From: Acidilobaceae archaeon
GTDB taxonomy: Archaea > Thermoproteota > Thermoprotei_A > Sulfolobales > Acidilobaceae
Reading direction: 5' to 3'
DNA: 64,000 bases
Assembly (NCBI GenBank): GCA_027037535.1
Contig: JALVZQ010000005.1
Span: forward strand, 242,686 to 306,685
How positions within the stretch are numbered: the first letter of the stretch is position 1; every line of letters starts with the position of its first letter. This document shows, in pieces, positions 56,326 through 64,000 of this stretch. The notes under the pieces were generated by a model, which saw only the letters and a list, made by a program, of their open reading frames with translations, made no database searches and was not told the DNA's origin. The position numbers and the translations under genes were made by a program.

Positions 56326-56928
56326 TCATTGTAGTGATGCATACTCTTGCTGTATCTTCTCCTTAACCTCCTCGAAGTGTGAAGGTAGGTCCTCTGGCTT
56401 AAATCCTCTCTTCAAGTACTCGGAGAACTGCCTGTTGTAGAAGTCAGGATCACTGCTTGCTAGCTGGCTGGCCCACTCCGAGATGTGTTTGCCCGCGATC
56501 CTATCCTCGCTTGGAAGTATTTCCTCTGAGTGTGGGATTTCTAGTCCCGCGTCTATCGCTCCTTTTAGCGCGGCGAAGACCCTTGATCCTTTCACCGGCT
56601 CATGTAGCCCTATGTCAAGTACTGCCTCCTTTACGCCCTTCTGTAATGCTCTGTATGCTGCTAGCATGCCTGTTAGGTATGCTGCCGAAGTGTTCTTTGT
56701 TCCCCCTTTCCATCCATAAAGTTTTACTAGTTCTCTGCTATGTGCTGCAGCAATTATCTTGTCTCCGTCTATCCTGGCCTCTGCTACCTGTACTATGATG
56801 TACTTGTTAGTTCTTCTTACTACGAATCTAGGCTTTCCCGACTTGATTAGTTTAAGCCTCCTATAGTAGTTTGTTTTTCCTTTTCTCCTTCTCCGCCAGG
56901 GTACTCTGTATCTTGGCCCATGCCCCAT
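56326..56928 (-). CDS. rpl18: 50S ribosomal protein uL18
   Basis: [21 protein letters not shown] start. Confidence 0.9.
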   Translation of the reverse strand: MGHGPRYRVPWRRRRKGKTNYYRRLKLIKSGKPRFVVRRTNKYIIVQVAEARIDGDKIIAAAHSRELVKLYGWKGGTKNTSAAYLTGMLAAYRALQKGVKEAVLDIGLHEPVKGSRVFAALKGAIDAGLEIPHSEEILPSEDRIAGKHISEWASQLASSDPDFYNRQFSEYLKRGFKPEDLPSHFEEVKEKIQQEYASLQ

Positions 56929-57386
56929 TACTGTTCACCTTTGAGTATTCCTTCTTCGATCATATGCCTGCGAAGATCTGCTAAGTTCCTGAAGCTACCT
57001 CCCTTTGCTAGACGATATAGCCGTCTATAAGTCCTTCTATCAATGACATCGTGGTCCCTCAGCCACCTAAGATATCTGCGTATTTTCCTGATCCGCGTGA
57101 TCCAGTCTCTCTTCGGATCATGACGTGCTGTCTGTCTTCCTTTTCTACGTCCATATCCTCTTCTCCTTCCCTTGCGCCTTTGCCTGTGTCTTTCAAGCCA
57201 TCTATGCGAGTTGCCTTTCTTAGGGCGAACTTGTATAAGGCCCCTCCTGATCAACGCCATGACATCTGCTTTCGTGACTGCCTGAGAGATATCTTCCTCG
57301 TGTTCTGGATCCGGGTTTATCCAGATCCTGCTCTCTCCTACGCCAAGAATCTCGGCCGCGAGCCTTCTTTGAAGCCTATAATCCAT
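56928..57386 (-). CDS. rpl19e: 50S ribosomal protein eL19
   Basis: [22 protein letters not shown] start and a basic tail. Confidence 0.9.
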   Translation of the reverse strand: MDYRLQRRLAAEILGVGESRIWINPDPEHEEDISQAVTKADVMALIRRGLIQVRPKKGNSHRWLERHRQRRKGRRRGYGRRKGRQTARHDPKRDWITRIRKIRRYLRWLRDHDVIDRRTYRRLYRLAKGGSFRNLADLRRHMIEEGILKGEQ

Positions 57387-57414
57387 ATACTACACCTCTC
57401 CACCTACCGGAGTC

Positions 57415-57816
57415 TTATGGATTCGCGATTTTTAGACCTTTTTTCTCGGCTTCCTTTACTATCTCTAATTTTTTCTTTAGCCCGACTGCGTGTGCAATGA
57501 CTACGATATGTTTCTTGGGATCTAGACCTTCTAGCTCCTTAACATTATTCACATATACCGGTTCTAGACCGCTTGGATGAAGCCCTCTTAATTCCTTCTG
57601 GGTCCGATATCCTACCTTTACTATTGGCGGATATCCTTTGAGCTGCAGCCTCATCTTGTTGTCGTTGCCTTTTGGCTTTCTCCAATACTCTCTTCTCTCA
57701 AACTTCCAGAATCTCCAGGAGAGATACCTCCTGAAAACTGGTTTATTTCTTCTCTTCGCGAGATTGCGTTGTAGTTTCCTTTTCTCTCTGAGTTGTTGTC
57801 TAGCTTCTTCGCTCAT
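57415..57816 (-). CDS. rpl32e: 50S ribosomal protein eL32
   Basis: WRKPKGNDNKMR and GYRTQKELRGLHPSG. Confidence 0.9.
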   Translation of the reverse strand: MSEEARQQLREKRKLQRNLAKRRNKPVFRRYLSWRFWKFERREYWRKPKGNDNKMRLQLKGYPPIVKVGYRTQKELRGLHPSGLEPVYVNNVKELEGLDPKKHIVVIAHAVGLKKKLEIVKEAEKKGLKIANP

Positions 57817-58370
57817 TACTGAGCCACCCCCTTCTCATAGATGTATATTCCGTCCATAAACTTTCTCCTGTCCTTGTCTTTTATCTTGGTAGCAAGCTCT
57901 ATGTTGGCAGCTGTTTGACCGACCTTCTCGATATCAATACCCTCTACGATTATATCATTGTTCTTCTTGTCTACTTTGACGGTGACTCCTGGAAGGATCT
58001 TAGCCACTCTATTAGCTTTCTCTCCCAAGAAGTTGCTTATAACTAGCTTGTCCCCCTCTACTTTAACGTTCATCGGGAAGTGGCTGAAGATTATCTTTAA
58101 CTTATATCGGTATCCTTTCGTGACCCCAGTTATCATATTCCTTATGTGTGCAGCCAGTGTTCCGACTACTGCACGTTTTCTTGCATTTGCGAAGAATGTT
58201 TCTATAACTACGTGATTATCCTTCTTATAGATTAGTATCCCTTTAGGAACCGGGAGTTTCCTGGTTAGTTCTCCTTTCGGGCCCTTGACAGTTACCTTTG
58301 AGCCCTCTATCTCGACCTCTACCCCTTCTGGGATCTCTACTATCTTCTGTATGTGGACGTCTTTTGCCAT
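57816..58370 (-). CDS. rpl6: 50S ribosomal protein uL6
   Basis: [23 protein letters not shown] duplicated-domain pattern. Confidence 0.9.
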   Translation of the reverse strand: MAKDVHIQKIVEIPEGVEVEIEGSKVTVKGPKGELTRKLPVPKGILIYKKDNHVVIETFFANARKRAVVGTLAAHIRNMITGVTKGYRYKLKIIFSHFPMNVKVEGDKLVISNFLGEKANRVAKILPGVTVKVDKKNNDIIVEGIDIEKVGQTAANIELATKIKDKDRRKFMDGIYIYEKGVAQ

Positions 58371-58579
58371 CCGCTACCACCTACCCAGCGTTATCCAGGC
58401 GGTACTACCTTCTTAATAGGTCTTCCTCTCCCCTCTCCACCAATTGTAGACAAGGGAATATAGTTATTATCCCTCTGTAATACGAGTATCGAGACAAAAA
58501 ACAATAACATCGTACATGATTTTAACATCATATTTTATAATTTAACTCTAAACAACAATACCCATTGACGTGATGCAAT

Positions 58580-59137
58580 ATGGCTCCTCGTCCAATGACA
58601 AAGAATGCTCTCCTGTCAGCTTTTGCAGGAGAATCCATGGCAAATATGAGGTACTTGATTTTTGCCGAAGTCGCCGAAAAGGAAGGCTTCCCCAACGTAG
58701 CTAGACTCTTTAGAGCAGTAGCCTATGCCGAAAAAGTACATGCCTCAAACCATTATCGAAGACTACGAGAATTCGACGAAGACGCACATGCATTAGCCGA
58801 CGTCCCGATAGGTCCTGGAAACACCTCGAAGAATTTGGAACTTGCAATAAGGGGCGAAGAATTCGAAGTCAACGAGATGTATCCAGCATATATTGAGATA
58901 GCCAAACTTCAAGGAGATAAGGCGGCTATGATATCATTCATGTATGCCTTAGAAGCAGAGAAAATACATGCGGAACTCTTCAAACAGGCAAAAGAATACG
59001 TTGACAAGGGAGAGGACTGGCCACTGGAAGGATATATCTGGGTATGCCCTGTCTGCGGATTCACCTATGTAGGAAAGGAGCCTCCGGAGAAGTGTCCTGT
59101 CTGCGGAGTGCTAGGAAAGGATTTCGTGAAATTCTAA
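58580..59137 (+). CDS. rbr: rubrerythrin
   Basis: Ferritin-like E..E..H diiron helices (AGESMANMRY, YAEKVHASNH, ALEAEKIHAELF) and a C-terminal rubredoxin CPVCG..CPVCG. Confidence 0.9.
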   Translation: MAPRPMTKNALLSAFAGESMANMRYLIFAEVAEKEGFPNVARLFRAVAYAEKVHASNHYRRLREFDEDAHALADVPIGPGNTSKNLELAIRGEEFEVNEMYPAYIEIAKLQGDKAAMISFMYALEAEKIHAELFKQAKEYVDKGEDWPLEGYIWVCPVCGFTYVGKEPPEKCPVCGVLGKDFVKF

Positions 59138-59166
59138 GGAAGAATACAAAAATACTAGAGGTAGAT

Positions 59167-59589
59167 CTAGTAGACATATGCTATTACGAATCCCCCTATT
59201 TTTCTCTCTAGAGCTTCTCTATGAGTCATTACACCTTGGCTCGTGGTTAGTATGAGTACTCCTATGTCTCTGCTCGCGAGGTATTTTCTGAGACTCTCTG
59301 GAAGCCTTGTGAGCTCCTTATAGCTTATCGGGATTCTTGGTTTCACCACTCCCGTCTTGTTTATTCTGCCAAGAAGCTGGACCCTGAACTTGCCCCATCT
59401 ACCGTCATCAATATACTCGAATTCCCCAATGTATCCCTCTTTCTGCAACACACGTAGAACAGCTGCTATTAGCTTCGAAGCTGGCATTATAACTGCCTCT
59501 GATTTCCCACGCGTCTCAGCGTTCTGGATCGTTGCTAATGCGTTTGCTAGCGTGTCTAGCATCACCATGACTTCCTCACCATTTTTCAT
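59167..59589 (-). CDS. rps8: 30S ribosomal protein uS8
   Basis: [27 protein letters not shown]. The true start is probably an internal Met (MVMLD). Confidence 0.9.
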   Translation of the reverse strand: MKNGEEVMVMLDTLANALATIQNAETRGKSEAVIMPASKLIAAVLRVLQKEGYIGEFEYIDDGRWGKFRVQLLGRINKTGVVKPRIPISYKELTRLPESLRKYLASRDIGVLILTTSQGVMTHREALERKIGGFVIAYVY

Positions 59590-59753
59590 TACCGAGTCTT
59601 TTCAAAGCCTAAAAGAGGTGCTATCTCCCTGAAGCATTGCCTGCACAAATACAATCCATACTTCTGGATAACTGCGTCTCTTGTTCCACAACGCATACAT
59701 CTCTGCGCGCCTCTTCCCATCCTCTTAGGCTTCGGCGGCCTCACCTTCCCCAT
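59589..59753 (-). CDS. rps14: 30S ribosomal protein uS14 (Zn-ribbon type, 54 aa)
   Basis: Below the ORF-track cut-off. Hand translation: [54 protein letters not shown]. The stop overlaps the S8 start (TAATG). Confidence 0.9.
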   Translation of the reverse strand: MGKVRPPKPKRMGRGAQRCMRCGTRDAVIQKYGLYLCRQCFREIAPLLGFEKTR

Positions 59754-59769
59754 CACTTATCCACCTCGA

Positions 59770-60330
59770 CTAAACGAATTTTACTCCGAACATCTCGTTT
59801 AATAGCACCATTGTTTCCTCCGGTCTCACTCTATGACGGAGAGGTATATGTTGTTTGCGTGCCCTCTTTCTACGCACTATTCTGTGCCCCGGCCTCTCAA
59901 TAGTAATTATAACGTCCATTCCAAGGATACCGACCTCGGGATCATATTTTACTCCCGGGATCAAGATATGCTCCTCTATTCCGAAAGCTATGTTGCCATA
60001 CTGGTCTATGCTACTTGCCTTCACCCTGTAGCCTACCGCCTCGAATGCTTTTTTGAGGAATTCTATCGCTTTTTCTCGTCGAAGTGTAACCATGACTGCT
60101 ATATTCTCTCCTTTTCTTACGCCAAATGCTCTTATCGTCCTCTTCGCTCTTCTGAATACAGGCTTCTGGCCCGTGATTTCCTCTAGTACTTTTGCTGCTT
60201 TTACTAGGCGTTCTCCTCCATATCCCAGTGCTATGTTAACTGTTACTTTTGCTATTCTGGGCTTTCTCATGGGGTTTTTCCATTCTTCCAGTATCCTAGT
60301 TATCTCCTCAGACTCCAGTGGTAGACTCAT
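59770..60330 (-). CDS. rpl5: 50S ribosomal protein uL5
   Basis: KVTVNIALG..FGIEEHILIPGVKYDPEVGI. Confidence 0.9.
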   Translation of the reverse strand: MSLPLESEEITRILEEWKNPMRKPRIAKVTVNIALGYGGERLVKAAKVLEEITGQKPVFRRAKRTIRAFGVRKGENIAVMVTLRREKAIEFLKKAFEAVGYRVKASSIDQYGNIAFGIEEHILIPGVKYDPEVGILGMDVIITIERPGHRIVRRKRARKQHIPLRHRVRPEETMVLLNEMFGVKFV

Positions 60331-61088
60331 GCCTTAGCCACCTCCGGTAGGCTTATCAAGGGTTCTTCTTCACCAATTATGAATACGTAGTCTAGACTTG
60401 TCTGGAATTTTTCTCCTTTGGTATCCTCTAATGTTACTATGCTCCTCTTTCGACCCCATGCCCTCTGCACGTCTACTATTTTACCTACTCTACCTACGTT
60501 CCTTCCACCTACAATTATCGCCAGTTTTCCTGTTCCGAACCTCACATGCTTCTCTATCTTTTGTTCTGGTAGTGTTATGAGCAGCGTGTCTAGTGTCTTG
60601 TATACGTCCTCTACGGGCTTTCTCGGATCCTTTACACGTATTAGGATGTTTCTGCCGTCGTAGAGGTTCAACTGTACGTGGCCTCCCTTTACTGTTGTTT
60701 TATTCTCTATTCTTACTGGTTTGAGGCGTGCTTCTTCTTTGGGTATAGGGTGGAGAACGAGGACTTTTGTTGGATACGGCATCACTCTGTAGGTTTCTCC
60801 TGTATCGACGACCTCGATTACATCCATGAAGCCTACTGGGAATTTGTAGTCTTTTCTTATCCTACCATCTACTTTGAAATGTCCCTCTGCTATTATTTTT
60901 CGGGCTTCTCTACCGGTGCTTGCATATTGGAGTATGTCTCTCACTATATAGAGGAGAGGTATGCTTCTTTCCTGAGCATGAGGGCCTGGTCTAGGTTTAA
61001 CAGCCCATTTCTGCTTCTTTTTAGATATAGGCCAGAATACCGGTGATGCCAGAGCCTTTAGTCTTTTCTGTCCTCCCATTCTCGCCAT
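60327..61088 (-). CDS. rps4e: 30S ribosomal protein eS4
   Basis: GGQKRLKALASP..KPRPGPH and a KOW-containing middle. Confidence 0.9.
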   Translation of the reverse strand: MARMGGQKRLKALASPVFWPISKKKQKWAVKPRPGPHAQERSIPLLYIVRDILQYASTGREARKIIAEGHFKVDGRIRKDYKFPVGFMDVIEVVDTGETYRVMPYPTKVLVLHPIPKEEARLKPVRIENKTTVKGGHVQLNLYDGRNILIRVKDPRKPVEDVYKTLDTLLITLPEQKIEKHVRFGTGKLAIIVGGRNVGRVGKIVDVQRAWGRKRSIVTLEDTKGEKFQTSLDYVFIIGEEEPLISLPEVAKA

Positions 61089-61108
61089 TATCTTCCACCT
61101 CCTCTAGC

Positions 61109-61546
61109 TCATGCCTCTTTTTCTTCGGCCTGTTCTTCCGAGGCCTCTTCGGCCTCCTCTACTTCTTCTACCTCTTTCCCGCTTCTCCGCTCGATTATTC
61201 TTCTCCTCCAATCATCGTCTAGCTTTAAAGAGACTATCATGACGTTCGACGGATGTATTGGCCTAAATACGGGGGTTTTATCTGCCTTTTCTATTGTTAC
61301 ACCGTCCACGAATATAACATACTTCTTCAGGTCGACTCTAACTACTTCTCCCTCATGGCCCTTGAAGTCTCCTCTCATTACCCTTACCTTATCTCCTTTC
61401 CTTACAGGGAGATTCTTGACGCCGTACTTTTCCCTGAGCTCGGGGCTTAGAGGAGCTGTCATTAGCTTTTGTCTCTTGTGAAGAGGAGCATTAAAGTATG
61501 CCTTTCTTTGCTTACGCGGTTGTTTGCTAATTGTTAATTTAGCCAT
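61109..61546 (-). CDS. rpl24: 50S ribosomal protein uL24 with acidic tail
   Basis: KOW motif [19 protein letters not shown]. Confidence 0.9.
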   Translation of the reverse strand: MAKLTISKQPRKQRKAYFNAPLHKRQKLMTAPLSPELREKYGVKNLPVRKGDKVRVMRGDFKGHEGEVVRVDLKKYVIFVDGVTIEKADKTPVFRPIHPSNVMIVSLKLDDDWRRRIIERRSGKEVEEVEEAEEASEEQAEEKEA

Positions 61547-61571
61547 TTTTTACTCCACCTCCATTTTACGT

Positions 61572-61994
61572 CTAGATTATAATTGTGGCTAGTTTTGAGA
61601 CTCGTGGCCACCTCTCGGCGGCCTCTCTAGCCACGGGTCCTCTTATTTCGCTTCCTCTAGGTGTTCCGTCTGCGCTTACGATGACGACGGCGTTATCTTC
61701 GAAGGCTACCCATGTGCCGTCTGGCCTCTTGAAGGGTCTTCTTTGCCTAATTACAACGGCGTATACTATTTGTCGCCTCATTTGTGGTGTACCTTTCTTC
61801 ACTGTGGCGACTACGAGGTCCCCTACTGTTGCTTGTGGTAGTCGTCTTAGCCTTGTCTTTATGTATGGGACGTTTATTATCATGACTTCTTTTGCTCCAC
61901 TATTATCAGCTACCTTTACATAGCTACCTACTTGAAGGCCTGGGTTAAGACCCTTTCTAGATTCCACGGCTCCGTACTTCTTCTTTTTTGGCAT
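61572..61994 (-). CDS. rpl14: 50S ribosomal protein uL14
   Basis: VADNSGAKEVMIINV..GDLVVATVKKG. Confidence 0.9.
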   Translation of the reverse strand: MPKKKKYGAVESRKGLNPGLQVGSYVKVADNSGAKEVMIINVPYIKTRLRRLPQATVGDLVVATVKKGTPQMRRQIVYAVVIRQRRPFKRPDGTWVAFEDNAVVIVSADGTPRGSEIRGPVAREAAERWPRVSKLATIII

Positions 61995-62033
61995 TTTTTC
62001 CTCATCCCCCTATCCGAGAGTAATACTGGGGGT

Positions 62034-62396
62034 TTATGTAGTCTTCTTAGCGCCTAATACAACGAATTTAACTGTCTTAGATATTGGTCGTGTCTCTCCT
62101 ATTACAACAGTGTCGCCTGGCTTCACTGATATACAGTCTGGTAAGTGTGCAGCGATCTTCTTGCTTCTCCTCTCGTATCTCTTGTATTTGTGGTCGAAAT
62201 AGATGTATGTGTGCCGTATTATTGCTAGACGCTTCGCTCTGACTTTTTCGACTTTTCCTTCCAGCAGTACTCCTCTCACACGGAGGCTACCGTGCCATGG
62301 GCAGTTTGGATCATTACAGATGGTTGTGGGTGGCTCAACACCCGGTATCTTTAGGTTTTTCACGGTTTTTGGCTTGGGCATTCTTGCTACCTCCAC
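62034..62396 (-). CDS. rps17: 30S ribosomal protein uS17
   Basis: CNDPNCPWHGSLRVRG..VKPGDTVVIGETRPISKT. Confidence 0.9.
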   Translation of the reverse strand: MEVARMPKPKTVKNLKIPGVEPPTTICNDPNCPWHGSLRVRGVLLEGKVEKVRAKRLAIIRHTYIYFDHKYKRYERRSKKIAAHLPDCISVKPGDTVVIGETRPISKTVKFVVLGAKKTT

Positions 62397-62677
62397 TTTA
62401 CCCTCTTTATCCTCTTAGCTCTTTCTATTGGATCCCCAAATAAATAGTCTCCGCCTACAGTAATCTTTTTACCAGTGGGAAGTTCTAGCTCAAGGAGCAC
62501 CTCGTGCTTAAGTATACGGGCTAGTCCCCCCTCATATTTTTCTATTAGGAGGCTTCTCTCGGTTTCCCAGAAAATTTTTCCCTCTAATCCCTCCTGTGAC
62601 TTATTAAAGGCCCTAATTACACGGGCTCTAAGGCCTATCAACTCGTGGAAAAAGATGTTTTTCTCGTCGTGCTTCAA
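62387..62677 (-). CDS. rnp1: RNase P protein component 1 (Rpp29/Pop4)
   Basis: ELIGLRARVIR..GLEGKIFWETERSLLIE Sm-like fold. Conserved position between L29 and S17. Confidence 0.85.
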   Translation of the reverse strand: MKHDEKNIFFHELIGLRARVIRAFNKSQEGLEGKIFWETERSLLIEKYEGGLARILKHEVLLELELPTGKKITVGGDYLFGDPIERAKRIKRVKWR

Positions 62678-62889
62678 CTCTTCCTGCCTAGTTCTTCTTC
62701 TCTATTAATAGTTAGTATCCTTGCTATGTTCTTTTTTAGATCTCGTAAACGCCCAGGGTTCTCTAGTGCCCCTGTGGCTGCCTTGTGTCGGAGAACTATT
62801 AGTTCAGACTCGAATTCTTCTAGTAGTTTCATTCGCTCTTCTCTACTCATCTTTCTTAGCTCTTCTGCTTTGATCTTGTGCTTCGCCAT
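62674..62889 (-). CDS. rpl29: 50S ribosomal protein uL29
   Basis: ELRKMSREERMKLLEEFESEL..LRDLKKNIARILT. Confidence 0.9.
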   Translation of the reverse strand: MAKHKIKAEELRKMSREERMKLLEEFESELIVLRHKAATGALENPGRLRDLKKNIARILTINREEELGRKS

Positions 62890-62910
62890 TCTCTATCTCC
62901 TCCACTTATT

Positions 62911-63609
62911 TTACTGTGCTTGTTCTCTCGACTCTATTATTTCTTGGAGCTCCTCGGGCAACTCGGCTTCCTCTAACTGCTCTCTAAGCTCGCTTATAAT
63001 GTCTGCGACTTCGGCTTCTTCTTTTATTCTTACATAGTCTCCTGGCTTGCCTGGTTTCACTATTATTACTTCTACTCCGAGGACTCCCTTGGGAAGCTTA
63101 GCGTGTGCAACCGCCCTATCCACGAGCTCGTCCACAATATGTCCTGCCTTATAGACCTTGCCTGCCCTGTACTTCTCGAATCTTGCCCTCTCGCTCGTCA
63201 GCTTTCCACTGATCGTTATCTCGACCCCAACTGCCCCATTCGCCATTATTCTCCTTAGTGCCGCGAAGGCTACCCTTCTAAAGTGGAATCCTCTTTCAAT
63301 AGCTCTAGCTATTCTGAATGCTTGGACTCTTGCATCTAGTTCGGGCTTCTCGGGTTGGCTTACTGTTATCTGGACTCCCTGGAGACCGAATACTGTACTG
63401 AAAATGTTCTGGAGCCTCCTAATTGTGCTTCCACGTTTTCCGATTATAAGCGCTGGTCTCTCCGCGTAAATGTGCACTCTTGAACCTAGACCCGACTGTA
63501 TTACAACCACGCCACTATATCCTGCCTCATAGAAGTTCTGGGCTAGGTACTCGTCTATCATAGCCTGGAGAATCCCTTGTTTAAGGAAGTGTTTCTTTAT
63601 CTTTGTCAT
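62911..63609 (-). CDS. rps3: 30S ribosomal protein uS3
   Basis: KH domain IIGKRGSTIRRLQ and the uS3 N-terminal block. Acidic tail. Confidence 0.9.
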   Translation of the reverse strand: MTKIKKHFLKQGILQAMIDEYLAQNFYEAGYSGVVVIQSGLGSRVHIYAERPALIIGKRGSTIRRLQNIFSTVFGLQGVQITVSQPEKPELDARVQAFRIARAIERGFHFRRVAFAALRRIMANGAVGVEITISGKLTSERARFEKYRAGKVYKAGHIVDELVDRAVAHAKLPKGVLGVEVIIVKPGKPGDYVRIKEEAEVADIISELREQLEEAELPEELQEIIESREQAQ

Positions 63610-63616
63610 GTCTCGA

Positions 63617-64000
63617 TCACCCCACCTCCATGACAGCTATCTCGACATGGCTATGAGTCTTGTTCTTTGGAGTTGCCCTGCCCCTAGCCCGGGGCATCCA
63701 CCTCTTAAGGACTATCCCTTTATGTACAGCTATTGCAATAATCTTGAGCCGCTCAGGGTCTAGATCCTTTACTTCAGCGTTGTTCTCAACGTTCTTTAAT
63801 AGCCTCAACATGTGCTTGGCGGCTTTAACAGGGTATCTTCCAGCAGGCCAGCCCCATTTTGCGGCCAGACCTCTCCTATGAGCCTGTTTTCTATTGGCAT
63901 GCCTGAAAGGCACTGCTTCTTTTTTCTCTATGACTCTCTCAAGGAATTTCTCTGCGTCTTTCAGCTTCATGCCTCTTATCGCTTCTGCTACTTCCCTCAT
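63617..64000 (-). CDS. rpl22: 50S ribosomal protein uL22, N-terminus beyond the right edge
   Basis: AIRGMKLKDAEKFLE..GRYPVKAAKHMLRLLKNVENNAE..HVEIAV. The open frame reaches the window end. Confidence 0.85.
   Translation of the reverse strand: MREVAEAIRGMKLKDAEKFLERVIEKKEAVPFRHANRKQAHRRGLAAKWGWPAGRYPVKAAKHMLRLLKNVENNAEVKDLDPERLKIIAIAVHKGIVLKRWMPRARGRATPKNKTHSHVEIAVMEVG

Noticed and set aside
1-64000. CRISPR arrays, rRNA genes, IS elements or transposases
   Set aside because: Reading both strands showed no regularly spaced direct repeats, no rRNA-like sequence and no transposase or integrase motifs. A decayed fragment in 36.3-38.3 kb cannot be excluded without a search.

Overview
The window looks like an archaeal chromosome segment. 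Gene content points to a crenarchaeote/TACK type, possibly a Desulfurococcales-like hyperthermophile; no search was run, so this is inference. All product calls come from motif and family recognition by eye.

Layout:
- 1-10.6 kb: housekeeping genes with many tRNA/RNA-processing functions (cca, thpR, RNase Z, Trm-G10, archease, tRNA-Phe).
- 11.2-20.7 kb: a dense replication cluster (orc1/cdc6, RFC large and small subunits, GINS, MCM, Hel308).
- 20.7-23.4 kb: housekeeping genes.
- 23.4-41.3 kb: an accessory island ending at an intact tRNA-Val(CAC).
- 41.3-54.6 kb: mixed metabolism genes, tRNA-Ala, a second tRNA-Val(UAC), a frameshifted molybdopterin oxidoreductase and a KaiC-like ATPase.
- 54.7-64.0 kb: the large ribosomal-protein operon (L22 to L15, minus strand), with a rubrerythrin gene inserted antisense between S8 and L6.

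The island holds four decayed copies of the tRNA-Val 3' half. Each is followed by the same conserved non-coding module of about 100 nt, which fits a tandem array of integrated-element remnants. The three copies nearest the tRNA retain only a toxin-antitoxin pair each.

The outermost and largest remnant carries:
- a visibly AT-rich orphan gene interrupted at an A7 run;
- a GC-rich, gene-poor stretch with a PaREP1/HEPN-like gene;
- the most interesting feature, a tightly packed six-gene minus-strand operon at 26.9-36.2 kb.

The operon order is a 56-aa AbrB-type ORF (absent from the ORF track), a DUF1156 Zn-ribbon methyltransferase, a 1100-aa DUF499/BrxC-like P-loop ATPase, a BrxL-like AAA+ with no Lon protease domain, a 278-aa PglZ-like phosphatase-fold protein, and a 172-aa orphan. 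I read it as a minimal, non-canonical BREX-like defence system. I saw no CRISPR array, rRNA gene or intact integrase/transposase.
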